This document shows, one piece after another, positions 1-9,320 of a stretch of 64,000 nt of DNA. Both the position numbers and the translations under genes were made by a program. Source of the stretch: Sulfurimonas sp. (GTDB lineage Bacteria > Campylobacterota > Campylobacteria > Campylobacterales > Sulfurimonadaceae); NCBI GenBank assembly GCA_021648285.1, contig JAKITC010000006.1, positions 10,057 to 74,056 on the forward strand. Reading direction: 5' to 3'. The notes under the pieces were generated by a model. It saw only the letters and a list, made by a program, of their open reading frames with translations, made no database searches and had not been told where the DNA came from. Positions within the stretch are counted from its first letter, which is position 1. Each line of letters starts with the position of its first letter.

Positions 1-985
1 TAACACTCCCTTTATTGACATGTGGAGCATGATTTTTATCATGTTTATCTGAATAGTTTGGATGAACAGCGTGTGCATTATCAGCAGAAATCATAATAGA
101 TGTGCTGATCATATTCATATACTCTTCATAGTCGCTATACATTCTTTTAAGCGTATTTTCTAAAAAGCTTCCACCTGCTCCACTTGTACTTTCACTGCCT
201 ACTTCTTCATGGTCACTTGCAATAAAAAGCATAGGTTTATCATCACTAACACTACAGATACTAAGCATACCTGTGTAACAACTAAGAAGATTGTCAACTC
301 TTGCACTGGCTATAAAATCATCACTAAGTCCGATATGTGAAGCTTTTTGCGTATCATAAAAACTAAGTTCATTTGCATAAAGCTCTTTAACATCCAAGAT
401 ATCGAGTTTTGACAGTTGCCATTTTATAAACTCGTCAAATTCAAAATCATCATTAGTTGTTAAAATCGGGCACATGTCAGTCTGTTTATTTACAGTTCTA
501 TCTTTATTTGCTTTATCATCCAAGTGAATTGCAAGGGATGGAATAATCGCTATAGCTTTTTTAGCATCAATAAGAGCATCTTTTATAATATTTTGAGAGT
601 TTAAGTACGATACTCTCCCAGCGAGTGACAGGTCTCTGTCAAACCAAGGGTTTAAAAGCAGACCACCATAAGGCTCAACTCCGAACTTCACGACTCCATG
701 CTCTTTTATAACCGGGTTTGGCTTTAGTTTTAAATTTGGAGAATCGGTATGAGCTCCAACCATAGTATAATTATTACTTTTAGGATAGGTAAAAGCTATA
801 ATAGAAGAGTCATTGCGAGTAACATAGTACTTTTTACCCTGCACTAACTTCCATTTTTGCTCCTCAGCAAGTTTAATGAATCCAGCATTTTCAAACATCA
901 TTGACATATTTAAAGTTGCATGAAAAGGTGTAGGTGAAGCATCTAAAAAGCCTAATAAACCTTCATTAAAATCTTGTTTATTCAT
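1..985 (-). CDS. M18 family aminopeptidase (aspartyl aminopeptidase), 3' end outside window
   Basis: Not in ORF track. Manual translation from ATG at 985: MNKQDFNEGLLGFLDASPTPFHAT...GAHTDSP...RVDNLLS...DHEEVGS, typical M18 motifs. Confidence 0.9.
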   Translation of the reverse strand, partial: MNKQDFNEGLLGFLDASPTPFHATLNMSMMFENAGFIKLAEEQKWKLVQGKKYYVTRNDSSIIAFTYPKSNNYTMVGAHTDSPNLKLKPNPVIKEHGVVKFGVEPYGGLLLNPWFDRDLSLAGRVSYLNSQNIIKDALIDAKKAIAIIPSLAIHLDDKANKDRTVNKQTDMCPILTTNDDFEFDEFIKWQLSKLDILDVKELYANELSFYDTQKASHIGLSDDFIASARVDNLLSCYTGMLSICSVSDDKPMLFIASDHEEVGSESTSGAGGSFLENTLKRMYSDYEEYMNMISTSIMISADNAHAVHPNYSDKHDKNHAPHVNKGSV

Positions 986-987
986 AT

Positions 988-1284
988 CTATAACCTTTTT
1001 GAAGCTTTATCATAAACTTCCATATTATCTCTTTTTCCAACAGCTACAACTTCTATAATAATTGTATCTTCTATCATTTTATAAACTATTCGTATCTTTT
1101 TACTATCAGCATACATTTTTCTACAACCAGATAGATTGTAACCATTTTTATTACCTAGTAAACTTCCTAACTCTGGTGATATTGATATTTTATTAATTTG
1201 CTTTAAAATTAAAAGTTGTTGAGAATGATTAAATTTTTTTATATCTTTCTCAACGCCATCTTTTAAAACTATTTTATAACTCAT
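988..1284 (-). CDS. Type II TA toxin, RelE/ParE family
   Basis: 98 aa, basic, RIVYKM...VVAVGKRD...VY C-terminus; overlaps the upstream antitoxin. Confidence 0.85.
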   Translation of the reverse strand: MSYKIVLKDGVEKDIKKFNHSQQLLILKQINKISISPELGSLLGNKNGYNLSGCRKMYADSKKIRIVYKMIEDTIIIEVVAVGKRDNMEVYDKASKRL

Positions 1285-1564
1285 TTTTATCTACACCTAA
1301 GTTATCTAATAACTCATCAAATGTAATTGTACTTTGGTTTTCCCTCTCTTTAACAATATTATAAATCTCAATATGTTCAGCCATATCAAGTGCCTCTTTC
1401 ATTCTTTCGTATTCATCTATTGGAACAACGACGGCTTCAAGCTTATTATTTTTAGAGATTGCAAACTTCTCTTTTGTATGGTTTGCTAACTCTTTTAAAA
1501 CAGTTGAAAAATTTCTAGTTATTTCACTTGCTGATATTATCTCATCTCTTGCATAAGTTACCAT
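1274..1564 (-). CDS. Type II TA antitoxin, Phd/YefM family
   Basis: IISASEITRNFSTVL...ISKNNKLEAVVVPIDEYE Phd-like N-terminus and acidic tail. Confidence 0.85.
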   Translation of the reverse strand: MVTYARDEIISASEITRNFSTVLKELANHTKEKFAISKNNKLEAVVVPIDEYERMKEALDMAEHIEIYNIVKERENQSTITFDELLDNLGVDKNEL

Positions 1565-1585
1565 ATTCTATCCTTTTGTAAAATT

Positions 1586-1612
1586 ATATGTAATATCTTA
1601 CATATTATAACA
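1586..1612 (-). promoter_or_regulatory. Putative TA promoter (extended -10 TGTTATAAT) overlapping palindromic operator ATATGTAA-N4-TTACATAT
   Basis: 8-bp inverted repeat 1586-1593/1598-1605; TATAAT on minus strand at 1604-1609, ~40 bp before the antitoxin ATG. Confidence 0.6.
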
Positions 1613-1618
1613 CATACT

Positions 1619-4600
1619 TTACAATATATCTACATGTTCATTGCCGTCTAAGGCACTTAATATCTTTGTATCTACTCTAATTGATGAATCAATAAGCACA
1701 TTTTGTAGTTTAGATATTATTGTAAGTTTTAGTTCCCTATTCCCTGGATTTTGTCTGACAAGCAGATACAGCTCATCTAAAATTTTAGTTTCATTGTCAA
1801 GCCTAATTGCTAAATGTATCGCTTCAAGAGGTGCTTCACGAACCTCTTTTTTAGTCTTTCTAGTCTCTTTGGCAGCTTGCTTTAGTGTCATTATCTTACT
1901 TACACCTATGCGGGTAAACATCTCAGTATGCGTGATTTTAGCCTTAAAAGCTACCGGTTCTTCTAAGTCCATTTCACTTAATTGTTCAAGTTTATCTGCA
2001 AAAAGCATAATCTCGATATTTCCATGAAAATCCATAAGATTTACAATACCAAACTGATTTCCTTTTTTAGAAATCTTCTTTTGTATATCTTCTACCTTAC
2101 CAATAAAAATAGCAGTTGAACCATCTTTTATACCTTCAACCTCAGATGACATTGTGTACTCCAACTCATCCATTTTCTCTCTGAACTCATCAAGTGGATG
2201 CCCTGATACATAAAAACCTAAAGTATCTTTTTCAAACTCCAAAATCTCTTTGAGTTCATACTCTTCTGAGTTTGTAAGCTCTAACTTTACACTGGTTATC
2301 TCTTCGTCATCACCAAAAAGAGAGCCAACTGCATTTTTCTTTGCATCACTGGCTTTTTTAGCAGTTTCAACTATCTTCTCTATTTGATCTAAAAGTGCCT
2401 TTCTTGAGTATCCAAACCTGTCAAAACCACCTGACTTTATACTTGACTCAATAAAACGCTTATTTACCTTTGATGGGTCTATACGGTTTACAAAGTTTTC
2501 TATAGATGTAAACTCACCCTCTTCTTCTCTAGTTTGGATAATAGACTCAACCGCAGCTCCACCTACCCCTTTAATCGCACCTAGACCAAAAAGAATAATC
2601 TCTTTATCATCTTTTGTTATTGCCGAAAATTCAAGATAAGAGTCATTAACATCAGGTGGGGACAGCTCAATACCCATTCTCTTAACCTCATCGATATATC
2701 TGACAACTTTTTCTGTGTTGTCTTTGTCTGATGTTAAAAGTGCCGCCATAAACTCATTTGGATAGTAAGTCTTTAGCCATGCAGTCTGGAATGTAATCAT
2801 TGCATAAGCTGCCGAGTGAGATTTATTAAAACCGTAGCCGGCAAACTTTTCAATCAAATCAAAAAGTTTAGAAGCTTCATCGTATGGATGTCCCTGCGAA
2901 GCAGCACCCTCAGAAAACTCTTTATTGTAGACATTCATATCTTTTTTCTTACCCATAGCACGACGGATAATATCAGAGTAACCAAGAGAGAACCCGCCTA
3001 CATGTTGAACAATCTGCATTACCTGTTCTTGATAGACTATTACCCCGTAAGTGTTCTCTAAAATTGGTTTCATAACATCAAATGTATAATTAACTGCTTG
3101 ACGACCATGCTTTCTTTCTATGAAGTCGTCTAGCATTCCAGATTCCATTGGTCCTGGACGGTATAGTGCCAAGACTGCAATCAAATCCTCAAAGTTATCC
3201 GGTTTAAGACGCTTATTCAAATCCTGCATACCAGAACTCTCTACCTGAAACATTCCAACAGTCTCACCGGTTCTTATAACCTCATATACTTTAGGATCAT
3301 TCTCATCTATCTCATGCCAAACTACATCTTTGTCATATCTTCTTTTGATTAGTTTAATTGCATTGTCGATTACATCAAGTGTTTTAAGACCAAGGAAGTC
3401 AAATTTAATTAGATCAACATCTTCAAGATAGTTAAGTGAGTATTGCGTTACAAAAACATCTTCACCGGATGGTTTATATATAGGTGTTTTTTTCCATAAC
3501 TCTTCATTTGATATTACAACACCTGCCGCATGAATACCTGAATTACGTTTTAGTCCTTCAAGTTTTTTAGCAAACTCCCAAACTCTCTTAGAATTAGCAT
3601 CGCTCTCAATTAGTTCACGAAGCTTTGGCTCTTTTTGAAATGCTCCGTCTATATACTCACCCTTTTTCTCTTTACCGTTAAGAGTAATACCGAGTTCATC
3701 AGGGATAAGCTTAGCCATCTTATCAGCTTGAGAAAGTGGCATATCTAGTACACGTGCAACATCTCGAATAACCCCTTTAGCTAGGAGTGAACCGAATGTG
3801 ATTATTTGAGCTACCTGATTACGACCATATTTCTCAACAACATAGTCAATTACCTCACCACGGCGAGCCTGCATAAAGTCCATATCGATGTCTGGCATTG
3901 ATACACGTTCCGGATTTAGAAATCTCTCAAACAGTAGATCGTACTTCATAGGGTCAATATCTGTAATATCTAGAGCATACGCTACTAAACTACCTGCAGC
4001 CGAACCACGTCCTGGTCCTACCGCAATACCCATCTCTTTAGCAACTTTAACAAAGTCCCAAACGATTAACATGTAGCCTGGAAATTTCATAGAGTTAATT
4101 ATGTCCATCTCAAATTTTAGACGCTCTCTATACTCTTCGTGTTTTTCCTCTGGTACAATTTTAAGTCTCTCAATAAGACCTAATTCACAACGATATATAA
4201 AGTACTCAGCATCATTCTTATCAATAGCACTCTTCCAAGCTTTTTTATCTTCCCCTGAAGCATCGTCTGCAAGAGGAACATCATCTTTATGGTTTATATC
4301 TAAACCATCATTTGTTGCATACTCTGGAGTAAATTTAAAGTTTGGTGGAATTGGCTCTTTAACTGTTAGAGGAAAATCTTCTATCTTTTCAACAATCTCT
4401 TGAGTATGAGCAAGTGCCTCTGGGATATCAGCAAAAAGCCTTGCCATCTGCTCAGGGCTTTTCAAATAAAACTCATGAACAGAGTGACGCATACGGTTTG
4501 GGTCATCATAGAGTTTATTCATCCCTATACACATAAATGCTTCATGATACTGTGCATCACCAGGATAAGTGTAGTGTGTGTCATTTGTAGCGACAACTTT

Positions 4601-5230
4601 TATGCCTGTCTCTTTGGAGATTTTCAGTATCTGATCATCAATAAAAAGCTGGTCTCCTATCCCGTGACGCATAAGTTCTAGATAAAAATCATCTCCAAAA
4701 ATATCTTGATATTCACGTGCTACTTCTATTGCACCCTCATAGCCTAAGGCACCGTTTCTTACATTTCTTTCATTCTCTAAGTTTAGATGCCAGTTTACTT
4801 CACCCTGAAGACAAGCAGATGTACAGATAATTCCTTCGCTATGCTCTCTAAGTTCATTTTTATTTATACGAGGAAAGTAGTACATACCCTCTATATAAGC
4901 TTTTGATGAGAGATACATAAGATTCTCATAGCCCTTTTTATTCTTAGCGAATAGGCATATATGAAATCTCTGTTTTGTACTCTTGTCTCCAAGAGTTTCA
5001 CCATTGTGAATATAACCTTCCATCCCGATAATTGGCTTGATACCGGCTGCTTTCATCTGCTGATAGAAGTCAATAGCTCCAAACATATTTCCATGATCTG
5101 TCATTGCCACAGAGGTCATACCTAGCTTTTTGACCTGTGATACTAAGTTTGTAAGTTTATTTGCCCCATCTAGTAGTGAGTACTCTGTATGCAGATGTAA
5201 ATGTGTAAAAGGTTGTGCACTCAAAATCAA
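1619..5230 (-). CDS. dnaE: DNA polymerase III alpha subunit
   Basis: PHP domain HLHLHTEYSLLDG, GPGRGSAAGS, PDIDMDF, KFDFLGL, FNKSHS motifs. Confidence 0.98.
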   Translation of the reverse strand: MILSAQPFTHLHLHTEYSLLDGANKLTNLVSQVKKLGMTSVAMTDHGNMFGAIDFYQQMKAAGIKPIIGMEGYIHNGETLGDKSTKQRFHICLFAKNKKGYENLMYLSSKAYIEGMYYFPRINKNELREHSEGIICTSACLQGEVNWHLNLENERNVRNGALGYEGAIEVAREYQDIFGDDFYLELMRHGIGDQLFIDDQILKISKETGIKVVATNDTHYTYPGDAQYHEAFMCIGMNKLYDDPNRMRHSVHEFYLKSPEQMARLFADIPEALAHTQEIVEKIEDFPLTVKEPIPPNFKFTPEYATNDGLDINHKDDVPLADDASGEDKKAWKSAIDKNDAEYFIYRCELGLIERLKIVPEEKHEEYRERLKFEMDIINSMKFPGYMLIVWDFVKVAKEMGIAVGPGRGSAAGSLVAYALDITDIDPMKYDLLFERFLNPERVSMPDIDMDFMQARRGEVIDYVVEKYGRNQVAQIITFGSLLAKGVIRDVARVLDMPLSQADKMAKLIPDELGITLNGKEKKGEYIDGAFQKEPKLRELIESDANSKRVWEFAKKLEGLKRNSGIHAAGVVISNEELWKKTPIYKPSGEDVFVTQYSLNYLEDVDLIKFDFLGLKTLDVIDNAIKLIKRRYDKDVVWHEIDENDPKVYEVIRTGETVGMFQVESSGMQDLNKRLKPDNFEDLIAVLALYRPGPMESGMLDDFIERKHGRQAVNYTFDVMKPILENTYGVIVYQEQVMQIVQHVGGFSLGYSDIIRRAMGKKKDMNVYNKEFSEGAASQGHPYDEASKLFDLIEKFAGYGFNKSHSAAYAMITFQTAWLKTYYPNEFMAALLTSDKDNTEKVVRYIDEVKRMGIELSPPDVNDSYLEFSAITKDDKEIILFGLGAIKGVGGAAVESIIQTREEEGEFTSIENFVNRIDPSKVNKRFIESSIKSGGFDRFGYSRKALLDQIEKIVETAKKASDAKKNAVGSLFGDDEEITSVKLELTNSEEYELKEILEFEKDTLGFYVSGHPLDEFREKMDELEYTMSSEVEGIKDGSTAIFIGKVEDIQKKISKKGNQFGIVNLMDFHGNIEIMLFADKLEQLSEMDLEEPVAFKAKITHTEMFTRIGVSKIMTLKQAAKETRKTKKEVREAPLEAIHLAIRLDNETKILDELYLLVRQNPGNRELKLTIISKLQNVLIDSSIRVDTKILSALDGNEHVDIL

Positions 5231-5294
5231 GTCCTAAAAATTATAAATTATTAGTTTGATTATAGTTAAGTTGTCTTAATATGAAATAATTTTT

Positions 5295-5660
5295 TTATTG
5301 ATTATAAAAACTTTTATCACTCTTTTGGGCAAATCTTATTATGAAGTTTTTAAGGTCCCAATACTGTTTCCTGTACTTAGTACTCTTAAAATAGGAGTGA
5401 GAGTCTTTAATAGTTCCATCTTTAGAATTTACATTCTTCACACTCTTGCTCAAATGAATATAAGAGAGTGATGAACCATCAACATCAAGTAAGTTATCCC
5501 ACTCAGCGAAGGTATGCATATTTAAAAATATCTTACTTCCCATATGACAGGTTCTACACTCTTTGAGATAAATTTTTTGACCATAAAATGTAGATCTTGC
5601 ACTTAGATGTGAAGAAAAAACAAGAAGCAAAGAAACTGATAAAAATATTAATCTATGCAT
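5295..5660 (-). CDS. Periplasmic monoheme c-type cytochrome
   Basis: Signal peptide plus a single CRTCH heme-binding motif. Confidence 0.7.
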   Translation of the reverse strand: MHRLIFLSVSLLLVFSSHLSARSTFYGQKIYLKECRTCHMGSKIFLNMHTFAEWDNLLDVDGSSLSYIHLSKSVKNVNSKDGTIKDSHSYFKSTKYRKQYWDLKNFIIRFAQKSDKSFYNQ

Positions 5661-5722
5661 TTACTTACCTTATAATTAGTATACAAAACACTATACATAA
5701 ATATCTCTAACAGACATCTTAA

Positions 5723-6289
5723 CTATTTAACTTTTTCTAAGTACTCGCACTCAATAGTGTTTACTTTAACTGTATCACCCTCTAATACATGGTAAGGTAC
5801 TTGAACAACAGCACCAGTCTCTAAAGTTGCAGGTTTTTTGCTTCCGCTTGAAGTGTCGCCTTTGAAATTTGGTGGAGTCTCAGTAATAATAAGTTCCATA
5901 GTCTCAGGAGCTTGTACTGAGATAGCTTTATTTCTAAAAAAAACAATATCAACATTGATTCCGTCTTTAAACCATTTTGAGGCATCATCACACTGCTCAT
6001 AAGTAAGACCTAACTGGTCATAAGTCTCATTGTCCATAAATTGGTACATGTCGCCATCATCATAAAGGTACTGCATAGTTTTAAAGTCAATTACCGGAAC
6101 TTCAAATTTATCACCGGCATGAACCGTTTTATCAACAACTTTACCATTTAAAAAGCTTTTTATTTTCATACGAACAAATGCCGCACCCTTACCTGGTTTA
6201 ACATGTTGAAATTCCACTACTTTGTATGGTACTTCACCCACAATCATACGAACATTTTTTTTGATATCGCTCATTCCGATAGTTGCCAT
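5723..6289 (-). CDS. efp: Elongation factor P
   Basis: HVKPGKGAAFVR and KPATLETGAVVQVP motifs; likely start MATIGM at 6289. Confidence 0.97.
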   Translation of the reverse strand: MATIGMSDIKKNVRMIVGEVPYKVVEFQHVKPGKGAAFVRMKIKSFLNGKVVDKTVHAGDKFEVPVIDFKTMQYLYDDGDMYQFMDNETYDQLGLTYEQCDDASKWFKDGINVDIVFFRNKAISVQAPETMELIITETPPNFKGDTSSGSKKPATLETGAVVQVPYHVLEGDTVKVNTIECEYLEKVK

Positions 6290-6383
6290 AGACACACCTT
6301 GATTAAATATTTTCAAGGATTCTACACTAAAGGTGCTTAGAATGCTATAATATCAGAAGTTAAAAACAAAGTATTTTCTTTAT

Positions 6384-6480
6384 TACGCCAATTCAACAAT
6401 TTGTTTATCTGTGATATTTTTAAACTCTGTTTTCTTTGGAAAATATTTTCTGATTAGACCCTTAGTGTGTTCATTAAGCC
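6384..6480 (-). mobile_element. IS30-family transposase remnant
   Basis: Minus-strand frame reads LNEHTKGLIRKYFPKKTEFKNITDKQIVELA*, resembling the IS30 C-terminal motif NE(N/H)TNGLIRQYFPK. Confidence 0.75.
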
Positions 6481-6556
6481 AAAAAAATAGAAAAACTATA
6501 GTAAACAAAATAATATTTTCGATATAATTGCGCATCAATTTAATAAGGTCAAATAG

Positions 6557-7450
6557 ATGAATATAGTAACAGGTTCTTCGACAGCACTGATAACTCCATT
6601 TAAAAATGGAAAACTAGATGAGCAGTCTTATGCTGCACTTATAAAAAGACAGATAAACAATGGTATGGATGCAGTATGTCCAGTTGGAACTACCGGTGAG
6701 AGTGCAACACTAACATATGATGAAGATATAAGATGTATGGAAATTGCAGTTGAAGTTTGTAAAGGTACTGGTACTAAAGTATTAGCTGGTGCTGGCAGTA
6801 ATTCTACTGCAGAAGCAATCAATACTGCAAAAAGAGCACAAAAATGTGGCGTAGATGCTATTTTTTCAGTAAGTCCTTACTACAACAAGCCCTCTCAAGA
6901 AGGTCTTTATCAGCACTATAAAGCAATTGCAGAGTCAGTTTCTGACCTTCCATTTATGCTTTATAATGTGCCGGGACGTACAGGAGTTGATATATCTGCT
7001 GATACGACTATCCGTCTTTTTAATGATATTAAAAATATATATGGTGTAAAAGAAGCTACTGGTAGCCTAGAGCGTACAGTTGAACTTTTATCACGTTGTC
7101 CTGAGCTTAAAGTTTTTTCTGGTGATGATGCTATTGACTATCCGATTTTAGCAAACGGTGGAGCCGGCATCACTTCTGTTACTTCAAATCTTATGCCTGA
7201 TTTGAAAAGTGAACTGGTAAGATTAGCATTAGCCGGTAATTTTGCGGGGGCAAAAGCTATAAATGATAAACTTTACCCACTGAACTCTGTAATGTTCTGC
7301 GAGTCTAATCCTGTGCCAATTAAAGCAGCTATGTATATAGCAGGCTTAATAGATACATTAGAGTATCGTCTTCCTCTTGTTCCTCCAAGTGTGGAAAACA
7401 TGAAGAAAATTGAAGAAGTTATGAAAAACTATGAAATCAAAGGACTATAA
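6557..7450 (+). CDS. dapA: 4-hydroxy-tetrahydrodipicolinate synthase
   Basis: GTTGES, PYYNKP, YNVPGRT, GVKEA motifs. Confidence 0.97.
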   Translation: MNIVTGSSTALITPFKNGKLDEQSYAALIKRQINNGMDAVCPVGTTGESATLTYDEDIRCMEIAVEVCKGTGTKVLAGAGSNSTAEAINTAKRAQKCGVDAIFSVSPYYNKPSQEGLYQHYKAIAESVSDLPFMLYNVPGRTGVDISADTTIRLFNDIKNIYGVKEATGSLERTVELLSRCPELKVFSGDDAIDYPILANGGAGITSVTSNLMPDLKSELVRLALAGNFAGAKAINDKLYPLNSVMFCESNPVPIKAAMYIAGLIDTLEYRLPLVPPSVENMKKIEEVMKNYEIKGL

Positions 7451-7451
7451 T

Positions 7452-8219
7452 ATGCAAGGAAAGACCCTATTTATAAGTGGCGGAACTCGTGGAATCGGCA
7501 AAGCTATAGTTTATGCTTTTGCATCAAAAGGGTGTAATGTAGCATTTACTTACGCATCAAATGCAGATACTGCAAGCGAGATTATTGCTGACGTAGAAGC
7601 AAAACACAATGTTAAGTGTAGGGCTTATAAACTAGATATTATGGAACCATTAACTTACAAAGATGTGTATAAAGAGTTTGATGAAGACTTTGATAGATTA
7701 GATTACTTTATCTCAAACGCAATCATCTCTGGTCGTGCGATTGTTGGCGGATTTGCTCCATTTATGAGACTTAAACCAAAAGGTCTAACAAATATATATA
7801 CTGCAACAGTATCAGCATTTGTTGTTGGCGCTCAAGAAGCGGCTAAACGTATGGAAGCTGTTGGCGGTGGTAGCATAATAAGCATGAGTTCAACTGGTAA
7901 CCTTGTTTATACTCCAAACTACTCTGGTCACGGTACTAATAAAGCTGCTGTTGAGACTATGGTTCGTTACGCTGCGGCTGAACTTGGTGAAAAGGGGATT
8001 CGTGTTAATGCTGTAAGTGGTGGTCCAATCGACACGGATGCATTAAAAGCATTCCCTAACTACGAAGAAGTAAAAAGTGAAGTTGTTCGTCGCTCTCCAC
8101 TATCTCGTATGGGAGAAGCTACTGACCTTACCGGTGCTTGTCTTTTCTTATGTAGCAGTGAGTCTTCATGGTTAACCGGTCAGACTATCGTTATTGATGG
8201 TGGAACCACTTTTCAATAG
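7452..8219 (+). CDS. SDR oxidoreductase (FabL-like enoyl-ACP reductase / HdhA-like) conserved after dapA
   Basis: SGGTRGIG Rossmann motif, VNAVSGGPIDT, TGQTIVIDGG; start at MQGK (track start 7431). Confidence 0.85.
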   Translation: MQGKTLFISGGTRGIGKAIVYAFASKGCNVAFTYASNADTASEIIADVEAKHNVKCRAYKLDIMEPLTYKDVYKEFDEDFDRLDYFISNAIISGRAIVGGFAPFMRLKPKGLTNIYTATVSAFVVGAQEAAKRMEAVGGGSIISMSSTGNLVYTPNYSGHGTNKAAVETMVRYAAAELGEKGIRVNAVSGGPIDTDALKAFPNYEEVKSEVVRRSPLSRMGEATDLTGACLFLCSSESSWLTGQTIVIDGGTTFQ

Positions 8220-8302
8220 TTTTGCACACCAACAAGAGCAAAGCCCTTCTTGGTTACGCTAACCGCTGTGGTACTAAAGCTAATCTCTAAAGAGATAGAT
8301 AA

Positions 8303-8574
8303 TTAAGGGCACCTCTAAAAACCCTTATATTCTCAGCATTATAGCAAATATGCTAATACAAGGCGAAATTACGAAGGAACTACTAGTAGCTTCAAGTGAT
8401 TTTAACGCAGTAGTAGCGTGTTTGCTATAATGCCCATAGGGAGCCAAAAAGAGAGGCAATCTTGCACAGATTTTTTCATCGCCGTAGCTATGGCTATGAC
8501 TCAAAAAAAGTTATGCACAATCTTACCTCTCTTTTTGGCTCTGAGGGTACAAGGGTTTTTAGAGGTGCCCTTAA
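8303..8574. mobile_element. Non-autonomous MITE, 272 bp, TTAA-flanked, with long terminal inverted repeats and two internal hairpin arms
   Basis: TTAAGGGCACCTCTAAAAACCCTT (8303-8326) is a perfect inverse of 8551-8574; internal arms 8336-8433 and 8441-8541. Confidence 0.85.
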
Positions 8575-8681
8575 ATAAATAAACTTTCAAAATAGTTCTT
8601 TAGGGCTACTGCAACTAATATATCATTTAATATACAAATGTATAATACAACTTACATGTCAAACATTATAAGGATGTCACA

Positions 8682-9152
8682 ATGAAAATAAAACTAGCAA
8701 GTACATTAATATTACTCACGCTATTAACCACATCAGTATTTTCTGCTGATTTTACATACAAAAATAAATTGATAGCGGAGGCAATAGCAGAGGCTGGGGA
8801 AATTACACCTGAAAAACTTCATGAAATGCTTGAAAATGAAGAAAAAGTGATTGTTCTTGACATTAGAGAGATTGATCAAAGAGCAGAAGGACGGATAGAT
8901 ACACTTGATAAATATGAGCTTACTCGCGGTCAATTAGAATTTAAAATTATGTTTCTAGTTGAAGATAAAAATACTCCTATTGTCACATATTGCCGTAATG
9001 GTCCCAGAAGTATTTTAGCGGCACAGACACTTAAACATTTAGGTTATAAAAATGCCACAAGCCTAAAAGGTGGATTAAAAGCATGGACAAAAGCTGGATA
9101 CCCTATAAAAACAGGTTTAGGACTTATGGTGCTTTCAGAAGACGAATTCTAA
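8682..9152 (+). CDS. Exported rhodanese-like sulfurtransferase
   Basis: Signal peptide; LDIRE, YCRNGPRS active-site loop, LKGGLKAW. Confidence 0.9.
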   Translation: MKIKLASTLILLTLLTTSVFSADFTYKNKLIAEAIAEAGEITPEKLHEMLENEEKVIVLDIREIDQRAEGRIDTLDKYELTRGQLEFKIMFLVEDKNTPIVTYCRNGPRSILAAQTLKHLGYKNATSLKGGLKAWTKAGYPIKTGLGLMVLSEDEF

Positions 9153-9191
9153 TATGATAAGGATGGTGAGACTTTTGTATCTACACCTGAC

Positions 9192-9320
9192 ATGTCAATA
9201 CAATTAGAGATGTTTGATTGTGACGAGGGTTTAAAAAAAGAGATAGTAGATGCTATTTATAAGTCGGGGTTTGCTTACCAATTAACACCTATTGGAACCG
9301 TGGTTGAGACAGATACTATT
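9192..9320 (+). pseudogene. Fragment of MTH1187/YkoF-like thiamine-binding protein
   Basis: KSGFAYQLTPIGTVVETDT resembles the MTH1187 core; similarity stops where it runs into the amrS 3' end. Confidence 0.5.

Noticed and set aside
4200-4330. Extra acidic segment in DnaE as a possible intein
   Set aside because: Short, with no C/S start, HN-C/S/T end or LAGLIDADG; it looks like a linker insertion
1641-4681. Plus-strand ORFs inside dnaE, and similar antisense ORFs inside otsB-GH65, polA, xerD, tolC and argD
   Set aside because: Shadow ORFs opposite well-supported genes, with no motifs
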